64,000 nt of DNA from an uncultured Rhodospirillales bacterium (GTDB lineage: Bacteria > Pseudomonadota > Alphaproteobacteria > JAWKYA01). Shown here in pieces: positions 18,117 through 28,191 of the stretch; position 1 is the first letter of the stretch; each line of letters starts with the position of its first letter. The notes below the pieces were generated by a model. That model did no database searches. It saw only the letters and a list, made by a program, of their open reading frames with translations, and had not been told where the DNA came from. The position numbers and the translations under genes are program-made. The stretch spans positions 381,391 through 445,390 of the forward strand of contig CAYNIC010000001.1 of the NCBI GenBank assembly GCA_964397465.1, written 5' to 3'.

Positions 18117-21100
18117 ATGATGAATAAACCCTATATTCCCTCAGCTGAGATCACGGCCTTTATCGACAACGCAACGCATCTTGAGGCCGAGGGACTTTAC
18201 CGAGCGGAGGATGAGCACGACGCCTGCGGCGTTGGATTGATTGCGACCATTGACGGCAAGCCGCGCCGACAAGTGGTCGAAGCGGCGATCAGCGCCCTTA
18301 AAGCCTTATGGCATCGTGGCGCGGTCGACGCCGACGGCAAAACCGGCGACGGTGCCGGTATCCACGTGCAGATTCCCCAAGAGTTTTTCAAAGAGCATAT
18401 CCGCCGCACCGGCCACGAACCGCAACAGAAAGATCTCGCCATCGGCATGATCTTTCTGCCGCGCCAAGATCTCGGCGCCCAGGAACGTTGCCGGGAAATC
18501 GTCGAAAGTCAGATTTTGAAGTACGGCCATGCGATTTATGGCTGGCGTCAGGTGCCGGTAAATACCGACGTGGTGGGCGAAAAGGCCAACGCCACGCGGC
18601 CCGAAATCGAACAGATCATGATAACAAATGCGCGCGGGGTTTCCAACATCCGCTTCGAGCGCGATCTTTACGTCATCCGCCGTCGCATCGAAAAAGCGAT
18701 CCTGGCCGAAAACATCGTCGGATTTTACATCTGCTCGTTTTCGTGCCGCTCGGTGATTTACAAAGGCATGTTCCTGGCCGAACAGTTGACGGCTTTTTAT
18801 CCTGATCTTCTGGATGAGCGCTTTGTCTCCAACTTCGCGATTTACCATCAGCGCTATTCCACCAACACCTTTCCGACATGGTCGTTGGCTCAGCCGTTTC
18901 GCGTTCTTGCCCATAACGGCGAGATCAACACCATATCCGGCAATACCAACTGGATGAAAAGCCACGAGGCGCGGCTGGGGATCGATGCCTTTGGCGACGA
19001 GATCATCGATATCAAGCCCGTCATTCAACCGTCGAGTTCTGATTCATCAGCCTTGGACGCGGTATTCGAATTGCTTGTCCGTGCGGGACGTGATTTGCCC
19101 ATGGTGAAAACCATGCTGATTCCCGAAGCGGTGGGCGAACGCAAAACTCTCTCGTCAAAATTGAAAGCCATGTACGCCTATTGCAACGCGGTGATGGAGC
19201 CGTGGGACGGGCCGGCGGCGATTGCCGCCTTCGGCGGCAGGTGGGTTATTGGCGGCATGGATCGTCATGGTCTGCGGCCGATGCGTTACACCATTACCGG
19301 CGACGGATTGCTGATCGCCGGATCGGAAGCCGGTATGGTCAAGGTTGATGAAACCACCGTGCTGGAAAAAGGCCGGCTGGGACCCGGAGAAATGATCGCG
19401 GTTGATTTAATCGACGGTAAGCTTTACCGCGACTATGAGATCAAAGAAAAATTGGCGGATAGCCAGCCGTTCGAAAAGTGGGTTAAGCGGTCAACCAAGC
19501 TCGCCAATCTCCCTGCCGCAGGCGATGCCGAACCCTCACGGTTGAGTAAGGATATGCTCCGCCGACGTCAGGTGGCCATCGGCTGGACGCTGGAAGAGAT
19601 CGAACTTGTTCTCCATCCCATGGCGGACGGCGGCAAGGAAGCCATCGGCTCCATGGGGGACGACACGCCCATCGCGGTTCTGTCCGACCGCTATCGTGGG
19701 ATGCATCATTTCTTCCGGCAAAACTTTAGCCAAGTTACCAACCCGCCGATCGACAGCTTGCGTGAGCGGCAAGGGATGACCCTGGCGACGCGGCTGGGCA
19801 ATCTCGGCAATGTGTTGGACGAGGATGCGAACCAGCTTGATTTTCTTTTGCTGGACAGCCCCATTCTCACTACGGCGGCCTTTGAGGCCATGCGCAATCG
19901 CATGGGCAAAAAAGCGACAGATGTCGATTGCACCTTCCCTGCAACCGGCGATGACAAAGCTCTTGCCGAGGCGATTACCCGCATTCAAACCGAGGCCGAG
20001 ACGGCGGTGCGCGGCGGTTGCGCCCATGTGGTTCTAACCGATGCCGCCACGAGCGAGGGCCGCGCCACTATTCCCATGATCTTGGCGGCAGGGGCGGTCC
20101 ATACCCATCTGGTGCGTCAAAACCTCCGCACCTTTACCTCTTTGAACGTTCGCTCCGCCGAATGCCAGGACGTGCACTATGTCGCCGTGTTGATTGGTGT
20201 TGGCTCGACGACGGTCAACCCCTATTTGGCCCTGGAAACCATAGCCGATCGCCATCGCCGCAACCTGTTCGGTGATCTAAGCTTGGCGCAGTGTGTCGAG
20301 CGCTATGTCAAAGCCATGGATGACGGTTTGCTGAAGATCATGTCCAAGATGGGCATCTCGGTCATCAGCAGTTATCGCGGCGGGTATAATTTTGAAGCGC
20401 TCGGGCTATCGCGATCCCTGGTATCGGAATTTTTTCCCGGACTGCCGTCACGGATTTCCGGTCTGGGAATCAACGGCATTCAACGCATGGTTCTTAATCA
20501 GCATCGGAAGGCCTTTGCCGAAGATTCGGCCGTGCTGCCGATCGGTGGATTTCATCGCTATCGTCGCGGCGGCGAAAAACACGCCTTCGAGGCCCAGTCG
20601 ATCCATTTGCTGCAGCACGCGGTCGCCACCGACAGCTTTGCGACGTATAAACGCTATGCCGAAGGCATCTATGCCATGGCGCCGATTCACCTTCGGGACC
20701 TGCTCGCCTTTTCGCCGAAAGGCCCCGGAACTCCCGTTGAAGATGTGGAATCCACCACCGAAATCCGTCGGCGTTTGGTCGCACCAGGCATCTCCCTTGG
20801 CGCCTTGTCACCGGAAGCCCATGAAACCCTGTCCATTGCCATGAACCGGATCGGCGCCCGTTCGGATTCGGGGGAAGGCGGCGAAGATCCGGCGCGGTAC
20901 AAACCGCGACCCAATGGCGATAATGCCTCCTCCGCCATCAAACAGATCGCTTCGGGACGGTTTGGCGTAACGGCGGAATACCTGAACAATTGCCGCGAGA
21001 TCGAAATTAAAATCGCCCAAGGCGCCAAGCCGGGCGAAGGCGGGCAGCTCCCGGGATTTAAGGTGACCAACTTGATTGCCCGTTTGCGGCATTCGACGCC

Positions 21101-22655
21101 AGGCGTGACCTTAATCTCGCCGCCGCCTCACCATGATATCTATTCGATCGAAGACTTGGCGCAGCTGATCTATGATCTAAAGCAGATCAATCCCGACGCG
21201 TCGGTCTGCGTGAAGCTTGTTTCCAAATCGGGGATCGGGACGGTTGCCGCGGGCGTCGCCAAGGCCGGGGCCGACGTCATTTTGGTTTCGGGACATTCCG
21301 GCGGTACCGGCGCCTCCCCCGTCTCTTCCATCAAATATGCGGGCACACCCTGGGAGATGGGTCTGTCTGAGGTTCATCAAGTTCTGACCCTCAACCGCCT
21401 CCGCCACCGCATTCGCCTGCGAACCGATGGCGGCATCAAAACCGGCCGCGATGTGGTGATCGCGGCTCTTTTAGGGGCAGAAGAATACGGCATCGGCACG
21501 ACCAGCTTGATCGCCATGGGCTGTATCATGGTTCGGCAATGCCACTCCAATACCTGCCCGGTCGGAGTCTGCAGTCAGGATGAGGCATTACGCGACAAAT
21601 TTGTCGGAACCCCTGAAAAAGTCGTCAATCTCTTCACCTTTATAGCCGAAGAGGTGCGCGAAATCCTGGCTCAGCTCGGCGCCAAATCCTTGACCGATAT
21701 CATCGGCCGTACCGAACTGTTGACCCAGATATCCCGGGGCTCGCAGCATTTGGATGATCTTGATCTCAATCCGATCTTGGCCAAGGCTGATCCCGGCAAG
21801 TTTCCGCCCTATTGCGCCGTGGAGGGCCGTAACGAGGTTCCCGAAACCTTGGACGCGCAGATGATCGAGGATGCAGCGCCCTTGTTCGACGTGGGCGAGA
21901 AGATGCAGCTGACCTATAACATCCGCAACACACATCGGGCCGTCGGCGCCAAGATGGCGTCCAAGATCGTGCGCCGGTTCGGTATGACCGGGCTTGCCCC
22001 GGGACATTTGACCGTAAGATTGCGCGGTACAGGGGGGCAGTCCTTGGGTGCCTTTGCCGTTCAAGGAATGAAGCTGGAACTTTTCGGCGAGGCCAACGAT
22101 TACGTCGGCAAGGGATTATCCGGCGGCACGATCATCGTTCGCCCGATGACGTCCAGCCCTTTGGCCACCCAAGCCAACACCATCATCGGCAATACGGTTC
22201 TTTATGGAGCGACCGCCGGCAAACTGTTCGCGGCGGGTCAAGCGGGAGAGCGATTTGCCGTCCGGAACTCCGGCGCCGAAGCCGTGGTGGAGGGCTGCGG
22301 ATCGAATGCCTGCGAATATATGACTGGCGGAACTGTCGTCATTCTTGGCCGGACGGGGGATAACTTTGCCGCCGGCATGACCGGCGGCATGGCCTTTGTC
22401 TTTGATCCCGATTCCCGCATCGCCCAAGTCATCAATCCCGAAACGGTCATCTGGCAGGGGGTTGAGACCGACTATTGGGCGGCGGTTTTGCGGCGCATGG
22501 TCGAGGAGCACGCGCGGGAGACGCAGTCGCGTTACGCCTTGGGTTTACTTAATGATTGGCAACTTGTCCTTCCCAAGTTTTGCCAAGTCGTACCCAAAGA
22601 AATGCTGAAACTCCTGACCGAGCCTATCACCCGCGACAATGTTTTGCGCGCTTAA
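18117..22655 (+). CDS. gltB: glutamate synthase large subunit
   Basis: 1512 aa. It has an N-terminal amidotransferase Cys (DACGVGLIA), FMN and 3Fe-4S regions (CHSNTCPVGV), and a C-terminal GXGXG domain. Confidence 0.95.
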   Translation: MMNKPYIPSAEITAFIDNATHLEAEGLYRAEDEHDACGVGLIATIDGKPRRQVVEAAISALKALWHRGAVDADGKTGDGAGIHVQIPQEFFKEHIRRTGHEPQQKDLAIGMIFLPRQDLGAQERCREIVESQILKYGHAIYGWRQVPVNTDVVGEKANATRPEIEQIMITNARGVSNIRFERDLYVIRRRIEKAILAENIVGFYICSFSCRSVIYKGMFLAEQLTAFYPDLLDERFVSNFAIYHQRYSTNTFPTWSLAQPFRVLAHNGEINTISGNTNWMKSHEARLGIDAFGDEIIDIKPVIQPSSSDSSALDAVFELLVRAGRDLPMVKTMLIPEAVGERKTLSSKLKAMYAYCNAVMEPWDGPAAIAAFGGRWVIGGMDRHGLRPMRYTITGDGLLIAGSEAGMVKVDETTVLEKGRLGPGEMIAVDLIDGKLYRDYEIKEKLADSQPFEKWVKRSTKLANLPAAGDAEPSRLSKDMLRRRQVAIGWTLEEIELVLHPMADGGKEAIGSMGDDTPIAVLSDRYRGMHHFFRQNFSQVTNPPIDSLRERQGMTLATRLGNLGNVLDEDANQLDFLLLDSPILTTAAFEAMRNRMGKKATDVDCTFPATGDDKALAEAITRIQTEAETAVRGGCAHVVLTDAATSEGRATIPMILAAGAVHTHLVRQNLRTFTSLNVRSAECQDVHYVAVLIGVGSTTVNPYLALETIADRHRRNLFGDLSLAQCVERYVKAMDDGLLKIMSKMGISVISSYRGGYNFEALGLSRSLVSEFFPGLPSRISGLGINGIQRMVLNQHRKAFAEDSAVLPIGGFHRYRRGGEKHAFEAQSIHLLQHAVATDSFATYKRYAEGIYAMAPIHLRDLLAFSPKGPGTPVEDVESTTEIRRRLVAPGISLGALSPEAHETLSIAMNRIGARSDSGEGGEDPARYKPRPNGDNASSAIKQIASGRFGVTAEYLNNCREIEIKIAQGAKPGEGGQLPGFKVTNLIARLRHSTPGVTLISPPPHHDIYSIEDLAQLIYDLKQINPDASVCVKLVSKSGIGTVAAGVAKAGADVILVSGHSGGTGASPVSSIKYAGTPWEMGLSEVHQVLTLNRLRHRIRLRTDGGIKTGRDVVIAALLGAEEYGIGTTSLIAMGCIMVRQCHSNTCPVGVCSQDEALRDKFVGTPEKVVNLFTFIAEEVREILAQLGAKSLTDIIGRTELLTQISRGSQHLDDLDLNPILAKADPGKFPPYCAVEGRNEVPETLDAQMIEDAAPLFDVGEKMQLTYNIRNTHRAVGAKMASKIVRRFGMTGLAPGHLTVRLRGTGGQSLGAFAVQGMKLELFGEANDYVGKGLSGGTIIVRPMTSSPLATQANTIIGNTVLYGATAGKLFAAGQAGERFAVRNSGAEAVVEGCGSNACEYMTGGTVVILGRTGDNFAAGMTGGMAFVFDPDSRIAQVINPETVIWQGVETDYWAAVLRRMVEEHARETQSRYALGLLNDWQLVLPKFCQVVPKEMLKLLTEPITRDNVLRA

Positions 22656-22819
22656 GTTAGAACTTTTTCATCCGACTTTTCGGGGCGACGCTGAACCTGC
22701 ACAGTTGCCGTTAAGAGACACATTCCTGTCTTCAGCATGCGCGATTAGCAAAAGTCGCTTGGGAGATCGCACAGATCGAGGTATATAGGCCCTGCTTATA
22801 ACTCTTGTGGGGATTACAC

Positions 22820-23203
22820 ATGGCTAAAACGAAGAAGACTTCTAACGGGATCGCTGCCGCAGCCGCGCAGCTTTTCCATGGTGAATTTGCCGAAGCAGTC
22901 AAGACAGCAGCAAGCGCAGTAACGCCTGGCAGCAAGCCCAAGTCGCGCTCCAAGGCAAAGAAGCGCACGACAAAAAGCGCTGCAAAGAAGACCGGCACGG
23001 CGAAGAAAGCACCCGCTGCCAAGAAGACAACCAAGAAGGCAGCGAAGAAGTCTTCAACCAAGAAGACCGGCGTCAAGAAGACCGCCGGCGCCAAGAAAAA
23101 GACCTCTTCCAAGAAAAAGTCCACCGGCGCGATGAAAATGACCGCCGCCAAAAAGCCGGCGTCTAAGAAGAAGGCAACGAAAAAGACTGCCCGTAAGCGT
23201 TAA
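22820..23203 (+). CDS. Lys/Ala-rich histone H1-like basic protein
   Basis: About 127 aa, dominated by KKxAAKK/KKTxxKK repeats after a short unique N-terminus. GGGGA lies 7 nt before the ATG at 22820, and a strong terminator follows. Confidence 0.65.
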   Translation: MAKTKKTSNGIAAAAAQLFHGEFAEAVKTAASAVTPGSKPKSRSKAKKRTTKSAAKKTGTAKKAPAAKKTTKKAAKKSSTKKTGVKKTAGAKKKTSSKKKSTGAMKMTAAKKPASKKKATKKTARKR

Positions 23204-23220
23204 TCTTAGGGTTCAGTTTT

Positions 23221-23274
23221 AGGGGCGGCATGGGAGCTTGGTGTCAAGCGATCCGGTGCCGCCCCTCTTCTTTT
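23221..23274 (+). terminator. rho-independent terminator after the histone-like gene
   Basis: AGGGGCGGCA (23221-23230) pairs with TGCCGCCCCT (23257-23266) and is followed by CTTCTTTT. Confidence 0.6.
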
Positions 23275-23424
23275 GCCCGCAAGCTTCTGCCTGCTGTCAA
23301 CCCTTCCGAGTCGGCCTCTCGTGATTTTTCGGCTACCTGGTTCCTGGGCGATCTGTCCCGGAGATCATGCGTTTGGGAGCAGGTTTTTTGACAGCGCGCT
23401 CATTTTCCCGTATTTCGATAATCA

Positions 23425-24093
23425 ATGCGCACTCTTTACCATCAGCCGCTTGATCCTTTTTCTCGCAAGATCCGACTCATTCTCGGCGAGAAGACGTTAG
23501 AGGCGACCTTAATCCCGGAAAACCCCGCCGAGCGGCGCCATGATTTCCTTGCGATCAACCCGGCGGGAGAAATTCCAGTTCTTCTGGAAGACGGGACCAT
23601 CGCGATTTGCGGCCACGGCGCCATCACCGAATACCTGGACGAGATGCGGCCGGAGCCGATGTTGATCGGCCGCCATCCGCGCGAACGCGCCGAATCTCGG
23701 CGATTGGCAGCATGGTTTGATGAAAAATTTTACCGAGAAGTTACCCGCAACATCTTGGATGAAAAGCTGGTTAAACGCCTGACCAAGACCGGCCAGCCGG
23801 ATTCTGGCGCGATCCGCGCCGGTCTTGCCAATATCCGCACCCACCTGGATTACATCACCTATTTGATGGATCGGCGGAGTTGGCTGGCGGGCGAACGGTT
23901 TTCCATCGCCGACATCGCCGCGGCGGCCCATCTTTCCTGTGTCGATTACTGCGGCGACGTTCCGTGGGAAAATTATTCGGCGGTGAAGGACTGGTACGTC
24001 CGGATTAAATCCCGGCCGAGTTTCCGCTCGATCCTTGCCGATGCTTTGCCCGGTGCACCGCCGCCGCGGCACTATGCGGATTTGGATTTTTAA
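23425..24093 (+). CDS. glutathione S-transferase family protein
   Basis: 222 aa. It has an N-terminal thioredoxin-like GST fold (SRKIRLILGEK...INPAGEIPVL) and a C-terminal helical domain. Confidence 0.85.
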   Translation: MRTLYHQPLDPFSRKIRLILGEKTLEATLIPENPAERRHDFLAINPAGEIPVLLEDGTIAICGHGAITEYLDEMRPEPMLIGRHPRERAESRRLAAWFDEKFYREVTRNILDEKLVKRLTKTGQPDSGAIRAGLANIRTHLDYITYLMDRRSWLAGERFSIADIAAAAHLSCVDYCGDVPWENYSAVKDWYVRIKSRPSFRSILADALPGAPPPRHYADLDF

Positions 24094-24219
24094 ACCGGCT
24101 TGCTGTTTTTCTTTTGAAGGCGTAGATTAGCTTGTCGGGATATCGCAGACTCCCGGTCAGCCCAAGACGGTTCTCCGTCCAAGCTCTGCTCAACCCTCGT
24201 ATTTACGAGAGGAAGAGCC

Positions 24220-25050
24220 ATGACCGAGATCCCATCGATTACCTCCGCCACCCTTCTCTCTCTTATTGGTACGCCACAAGCGCCTGTCTTGATTGATGTG
24301 CGTCGCGAGCCTGCTTTTAATCAAGACGACCGTCGATTACCTGGCGCACGGCGGGGCGATCCTGAAAAGACCGATGATTGGAAAGCTTTGTTACCTTCGG
24401 GTCCTGTTGTCGTTTACTGCGTGCACGGCCACGAGGTCAGCCAGGGGATAACCGCGACCTTGATCGCCATCGGAAGAGATGCCCGTTATCTTGACGGCGG
24501 AATAGAAGAGGGATGGAAACAGTTGGGGTACCCGACTGTTCGCAGAACCGCACCGCTTAAGGAGAATTTTACTGGCAGTCTATGGATTACCCGCGAGCGG
24601 CCCAAGATCGACCGACTGGCCTGTCCTTGGTTGATCCGACGTTTTATTGATCCTGAAGCCCGGATTCTTTACGTGCCTGCCAACGAGGTTCTAAGTTTGA
24701 CCGAAAAAACTGGCGGCATCGCCTTTGACATTCCCGGCGCCCCTATCAGCCATGACGGCCCCTTCTGCAGTTTTGATGCTCTGCTCAATACCTTTGATAT
24801 AAAAGCACCAGGATTGGCAAAACTTGCCGCGATCATCCGCGGTGCCGACACCAACGCTTGCGCGATCGCAGCGGAGGCGGCGGGATTGCTGGCCATATCC
24901 CTCGGTCTGTCACGGGTTATCACCGATGACCAGGCCTTATTGCAAACAGCCTTGACTCTTTACGACGGACTTTACGCGTGGTGCCGTGAAGGACAGTCGG
25001 AGACCCATGCCTGGCCGCCTGCATCTTCTTCCCCAGAAAAGAAGGCTTGA
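24220..25050 (+). CDS. rhodanese domain fused to a ChrB C-terminal (chromate resistance) domain
   Basis: The N-terminus has a rhodanese-like VVVYCVHGHEVSQG. The C-terminus has RLACPWLIRRFIDPEA, characteristic of the ChrB C-terminal domain. It lies directly upstream of chrA. Confidence 0.7.
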   Translation: MTEIPSITSATLLSLIGTPQAPVLIDVRREPAFNQDDRRLPGARRGDPEKTDDWKALLPSGPVVVYCVHGHEVSQGITATLIAIGRDARYLDGGIEEGWKQLGYPTVRRTAPLKENFTGSLWITRERPKIDRLACPWLIRRFIDPEARILYVPANEVLSLTEKTGGIAFDIPGAPISHDGPFCSFDALLNTFDIKAPGLAKLAAIIRGADTNACAIAAEAAGLLAISLGLSRVITDDQALLQTALTLYDGLYAWCREGQSETHAWPPASSSPEKKA

Positions 25051-25054
25051 GATC

Positions 25055-26356
25055 ATGCCCCCTGTTTCCTTTAAAGAAGCTTGTCTGGTTTGGCTAAAGA
25101 TTGGTTTTCTAAGTTTTGGCGGGCCTGCAGGACAGATCGCGCTTATGCACCGCATTCTTGTTGAAGAAAAACGATGGGTCGGCGAGGAGCAATTTCTTCA
25201 CGCGCTTAATTACTGCATGCTGTTGCCGGGACCGGAAGCGCAGCAGCTGGCAACCTATATCGGCTGGCTCCTGCATCGGACAATTGGCGGTCTGGTTGCA
25301 GGGTTATTATTTATTCTGCCGGGACTGGTGGTGGTTTTGGGCTTAAGCGGCCTTTACGCCACATTTCACGAAACGGCTATTCTGACCAGCGTTTTTTATG
25401 GTCTTAAGCCCGTGGTCTTGGCAATTGTCGGCCTGGCCCTCTGGCGCCTTTCCAAACGTGCGGTACGCAGTCTGTTTCACTCCCTTCTTGCCGTTGTCGC
25501 CTTCCTTGCGCTTTTTGTTTTCAACCTGCCCTTTCCTTTGGTGGTTTTAGGCGCGGGATTCTTGGGGCTTGTCCGCACCTGGCTGCACAAAAGACAGACA
25601 CGCGCGGTTTCTCCTCACATCGATGCTGCGGGCAAGAAACTTCACGGCACGCTTGGAAGGGCGTGGCTCACGGTTGTCCTTGCCTGCTTTGTAATCTGGG
25701 TCGGTCCGGTGATTGGGATTGGTGTCACCCTGGGATGGCACAGCACCTTGGGAGAGATCGGCGTCTTTTTTAGCAAGATGGCCGTGGTTACTTTTGGCGG
25801 CGCCTATGCCGTCTTATCCTACGTTGGACAGCAGGCGGTCTCCCGCTATGGCTGGCTTAGCCCCGACGACATGATCAACGGTCTTGCCCTGGCAGAGACC
25901 ACGCCCGGGCCGTTGATTCTTGTGTTAAGTTTTGTCGCCTTCATGGCCGGATATAACAGCGACGGATCCCTTGTTAGCGGATTAATTGCGGGCCTTTTTG
26001 CCACCCTCGTCACCTTTGCCCCTTGCTTTCTTTTCATCTTTGCCGGAGCGCCGTTCATCGAGCGGCTGCGTGGTAATCAGCTTGCCGCCAGCGCCCTCTC
26101 GGCAATCACTGCGGCGGTGGTCGGCGTCATTGCAAACCTTGGCGTTTGGTTTGCTTTAACCGTCCTGTTTAAAACCACTGTCACTGTTTCCTATCCGGGG
26201 ATCAGCCTGCACGTTCCCGTCTGGGCAAGCTTTGATGTCGCTGCCGGCGTTTTATCTATCCTGGCTCTGATTGCTCTGCATTGGCTGCGCTGGAATCTCG
26301 GTGTTGTGCTTGTGCTGGGCGCCCTTGCGGGATTAGCCGTTACCTTTGTCTTTTAG
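25055..26356 (+). CDS. chrA: chromate efflux transporter
   Basis: The CHR signature GFLSFGGPAGQIALMH occurs in the N-terminal half and is repeated in the C-terminal half (VVTFGGAYAVLSYV). The start at MPPVSF lies 4 nt after the upstream stop. Confidence 0.9.
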   Translation: MPPVSFKEACLVWLKIGFLSFGGPAGQIALMHRILVEEKRWVGEEQFLHALNYCMLLPGPEAQQLATYIGWLLHRTIGGLVAGLLFILPGLVVVLGLSGLYATFHETAILTSVFYGLKPVVLAIVGLALWRLSKRAVRSLFHSLLAVVAFLALFVFNLPFPLVVLGAGFLGLVRTWLHKRQTRAVSPHIDAAGKKLHGTLGRAWLTVVLACFVIWVGPVIGIGVTLGWHSTLGEIGVFFSKMAVVTFGGAYAVLSYVGQQAVSRYGWLSPDDMINGLALAETTPGPLILVLSFVAFMAGYNSDGSLVSGLIAGLFATLVTFAPCFLFIFAGAPFIERLRGNQLAASALSAITAAVVGVIANLGVWFALTVLFKTTVTVSYPGISLHVPVWASFDVAAGVLSILALIALHWLRWNLGVVLVLGALAGLAVTFVF

Positions 26357-26357
26357 T

Positions 26358-27263
26358 TTACTTCGGCCGTGCCGCCGGAGCTGGTGATGTAGAGACCGGC
26401 GGCTGCGCAGCTGCCGGCGCTGCCGGTTTACCCTCGACCTTGACGTCCATGTTCTCGATGTTTTTACGCGCCGCATCGCCGGTCGGGCTATCCGGCGCCA
26501 GTTTAAGTACCCGCATCCAGTCGGCACGGGCATTGTCTTGATCGCCCACGCGGGCGCGCAAAATACCTCGCTCCAGCAACCCATCCACGTCGTTGGTATT
26601 GATGGCCAAGGCGCGATCCACGTCTTGTTTGGCCGCGTCATACTGTTCCAACTGACGGTGGGCGCTGGCGCGGAGAACCAAGGCATCGGTTTTGCGCGGG
26701 TCAAGGGCCAGCGCCTTGGTCAAATCATCAATCGCTTCCGGCAACCGTTTTGCCATGGCGAGGGATTCAGCCCGGTCGACCAGCAACTCCGGATCGTTCG
26801 GCGTTAACTGAAGCGCCCGCGACTGAACCGAATAAGCCAGGTTCGCTTCATTGGCCAGCAGCCAGGCCCGACCGGCTTGACCTAAGACCGCCGCAATAAG
26901 ATCGGGCGATTCCTTCGCCATTTCCTGAGCTAATTCCTGCAACCGTTTCCCGGCTTCGTCATAATGCTTGAGGGTCATCAGGGCGAGAGCCGCGCAATGC
27001 CGCGCCGGAAACCCGCCCCCGGTTTGAATCCAACCCGACGCCAGTTCCCACGCCTCCTCCGCCTTCTTGGTCGTCAAGGTCATGCAGTTTTGATAGGCAA
27101 GCTCCGGTGTCGTGCCTAAAAGTTTAGGCGGGTCCGACGCCAGGAGAGGAAAAGGCAGTGCCAAAATGCTTAAGGCCAAAACAATGTGATCAAGCGGGGT
27201 CGGTAATCTCTGCAACAAAGCATTGCTCCGGTTCGTTAAGGGGCTTATCACCCTGGGATCCAT
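26358..27263 (-). CDS. secreted TPR-repeat protein with a Pro/Ala-rich tail
   Basis: 301 aa. It has a hydrophobic leader and several 34-residue TPR-like A..A/Y..AL..P repeats. The C-terminus reads KPAAPAAAQPPVSTSPAPAARPK. Confidence 0.7.
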   Translation of the reverse strand: MDPRVISPLTNRSNALLQRLPTPLDHIVLALSILALPFPLLASDPPKLLGTTPELAYQNCMTLTTKKAEEAWELASGWIQTGGGFPARHCAALALMTLKHYDEAGKRLQELAQEMAKESPDLIAAVLGQAGRAWLLANEANLAYSVQSRALQLTPNDPELLVDRAESLAMAKRLPEAIDDLTKALALDPRKTDALVLRASAHRQLEQYDAAKQDVDRALAINTNDVDGLLERGILRARVGDQDNARADWMRVLKLAPDSPTGDAARKNIENMDVKVEGKPAAPAAAQPPVSTSPAPAARPK

Positions 27264-27303
27264 CCCTTAATGCATCACTGTGGCGGCTGATCGCGTCGAA
27301 ACC

Positions 27304-28191
27304 ATGGCAAGCTTAACCCCCGGATCTCTCTTTGTTTTTGGCCTTGGCTATTCCGCTAAAGCCTTAGGCCGGCAGCTTATGACCAAAGGCTGGCGCGTCG
27401 CCGGAACATCCCGCCGCATCGACGGCTGTGCCGCGCTGGATCGCGAAGGTTTTTCCGCCTTCCTATTCGGCCGGGACATCCCCCTCTCCTCATCGGCACG
27501 TGCGGTTCTTAATCAAGCCACCCATCTTTTAATTTCTATCCCCCCTGATTTAGAGGGTGATGTGGTTTTGGATCAAGAACGAGAAACTCTCCGGCAGCTT
27601 CGCTCCGTTTCGTGGATCGGCTATCTCTCCACCACCGGCGTTTACGGAGATTGGCAAGGGGCCGAGGTTACCGAACAGTCGGAGCGGCGCCCCAGCAGCG
27701 ATCGTGCGCGCCGACGCGTTGCCGCCGAAGATGCCTGGCTTGATCTTTTTCATCGCCATCAGCTTCCGGTTCATCTATTTCGGCTGGCTGGGATTTACGG
27801 CCCTCAGCGTTCTGTTCTCGACGATGTGCGCGCTGGCACCGCCCAGCGCATCGATAAACCCGGTCATCGCTTCAGCCGCATTCACGTGGATGACATCGCG
27901 CAGATCCTCTTCGCCTCCATGGCGCAGCCCGATCCTGGAGCCATTTATAATCTTTGCGACGACGAACCTGCGGAGCCTGCCGCCGTCGTGGCCGAGGCCT
28001 GCGCCTTATTAGGTGCGCCGCTTCCCCCGCTGGTGCCATTCGCGCAAGCCCGGTTGTCTGAAATGGGACGGAGCTTTTGGCGCGATCATAAGCGCGCCAG
28101 CAATGCCAAGATCAAACGGGATCTTCATATCAAGCTGCTGTGTCCGACTTACCGCGAAGGATTGCGGTCCATCTTGGCCGAAGCAGTCTAG
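27304..28191 (+). CDS. NAD(P)-binding Rossmann-fold (SDR/epimerase-like) protein
   Basis: It has an FVFGLGYSAKAL Rossmann-like N-terminus, GIYGP and IHVDDIA. The start may be the GTG at 27280. Confidence 0.7.
   Translation: MASLTPGSLFVFGLGYSAKALGRQLMTKGWRVAGTSRRIDGCAALDREGFSAFLFGRDIPLSSSARAVLNQATHLLISIPPDLEGDVVLDQERETLRQLRSVSWIGYLSTTGVYGDWQGAEVTEQSERRPSSDRARRRVAAEDAWLDLFHRHQLPVHLFRLAGIYGPQRSVLDDVRAGTAQRIDKPGHRFSRIHVDDIAQILFASMAQPDPGAIYNLCDDEPAEPAAVVAEACALLGAPLPPLVPFAQARLSEMGRSFWRDHKRASNAKIKRDLHIKLLCPTYREGLRSILAEAV

Noticed and set aside
22732-23151. A 139-aa F/A/V-rich ORF on the minus strand.
   Set aside because: It is the mirror image of the AAG/GCN repeat of the Lys/Ala-rich gene on the plus strand. 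It has no start context, and the plus-strand gene has the SD and the terminator.
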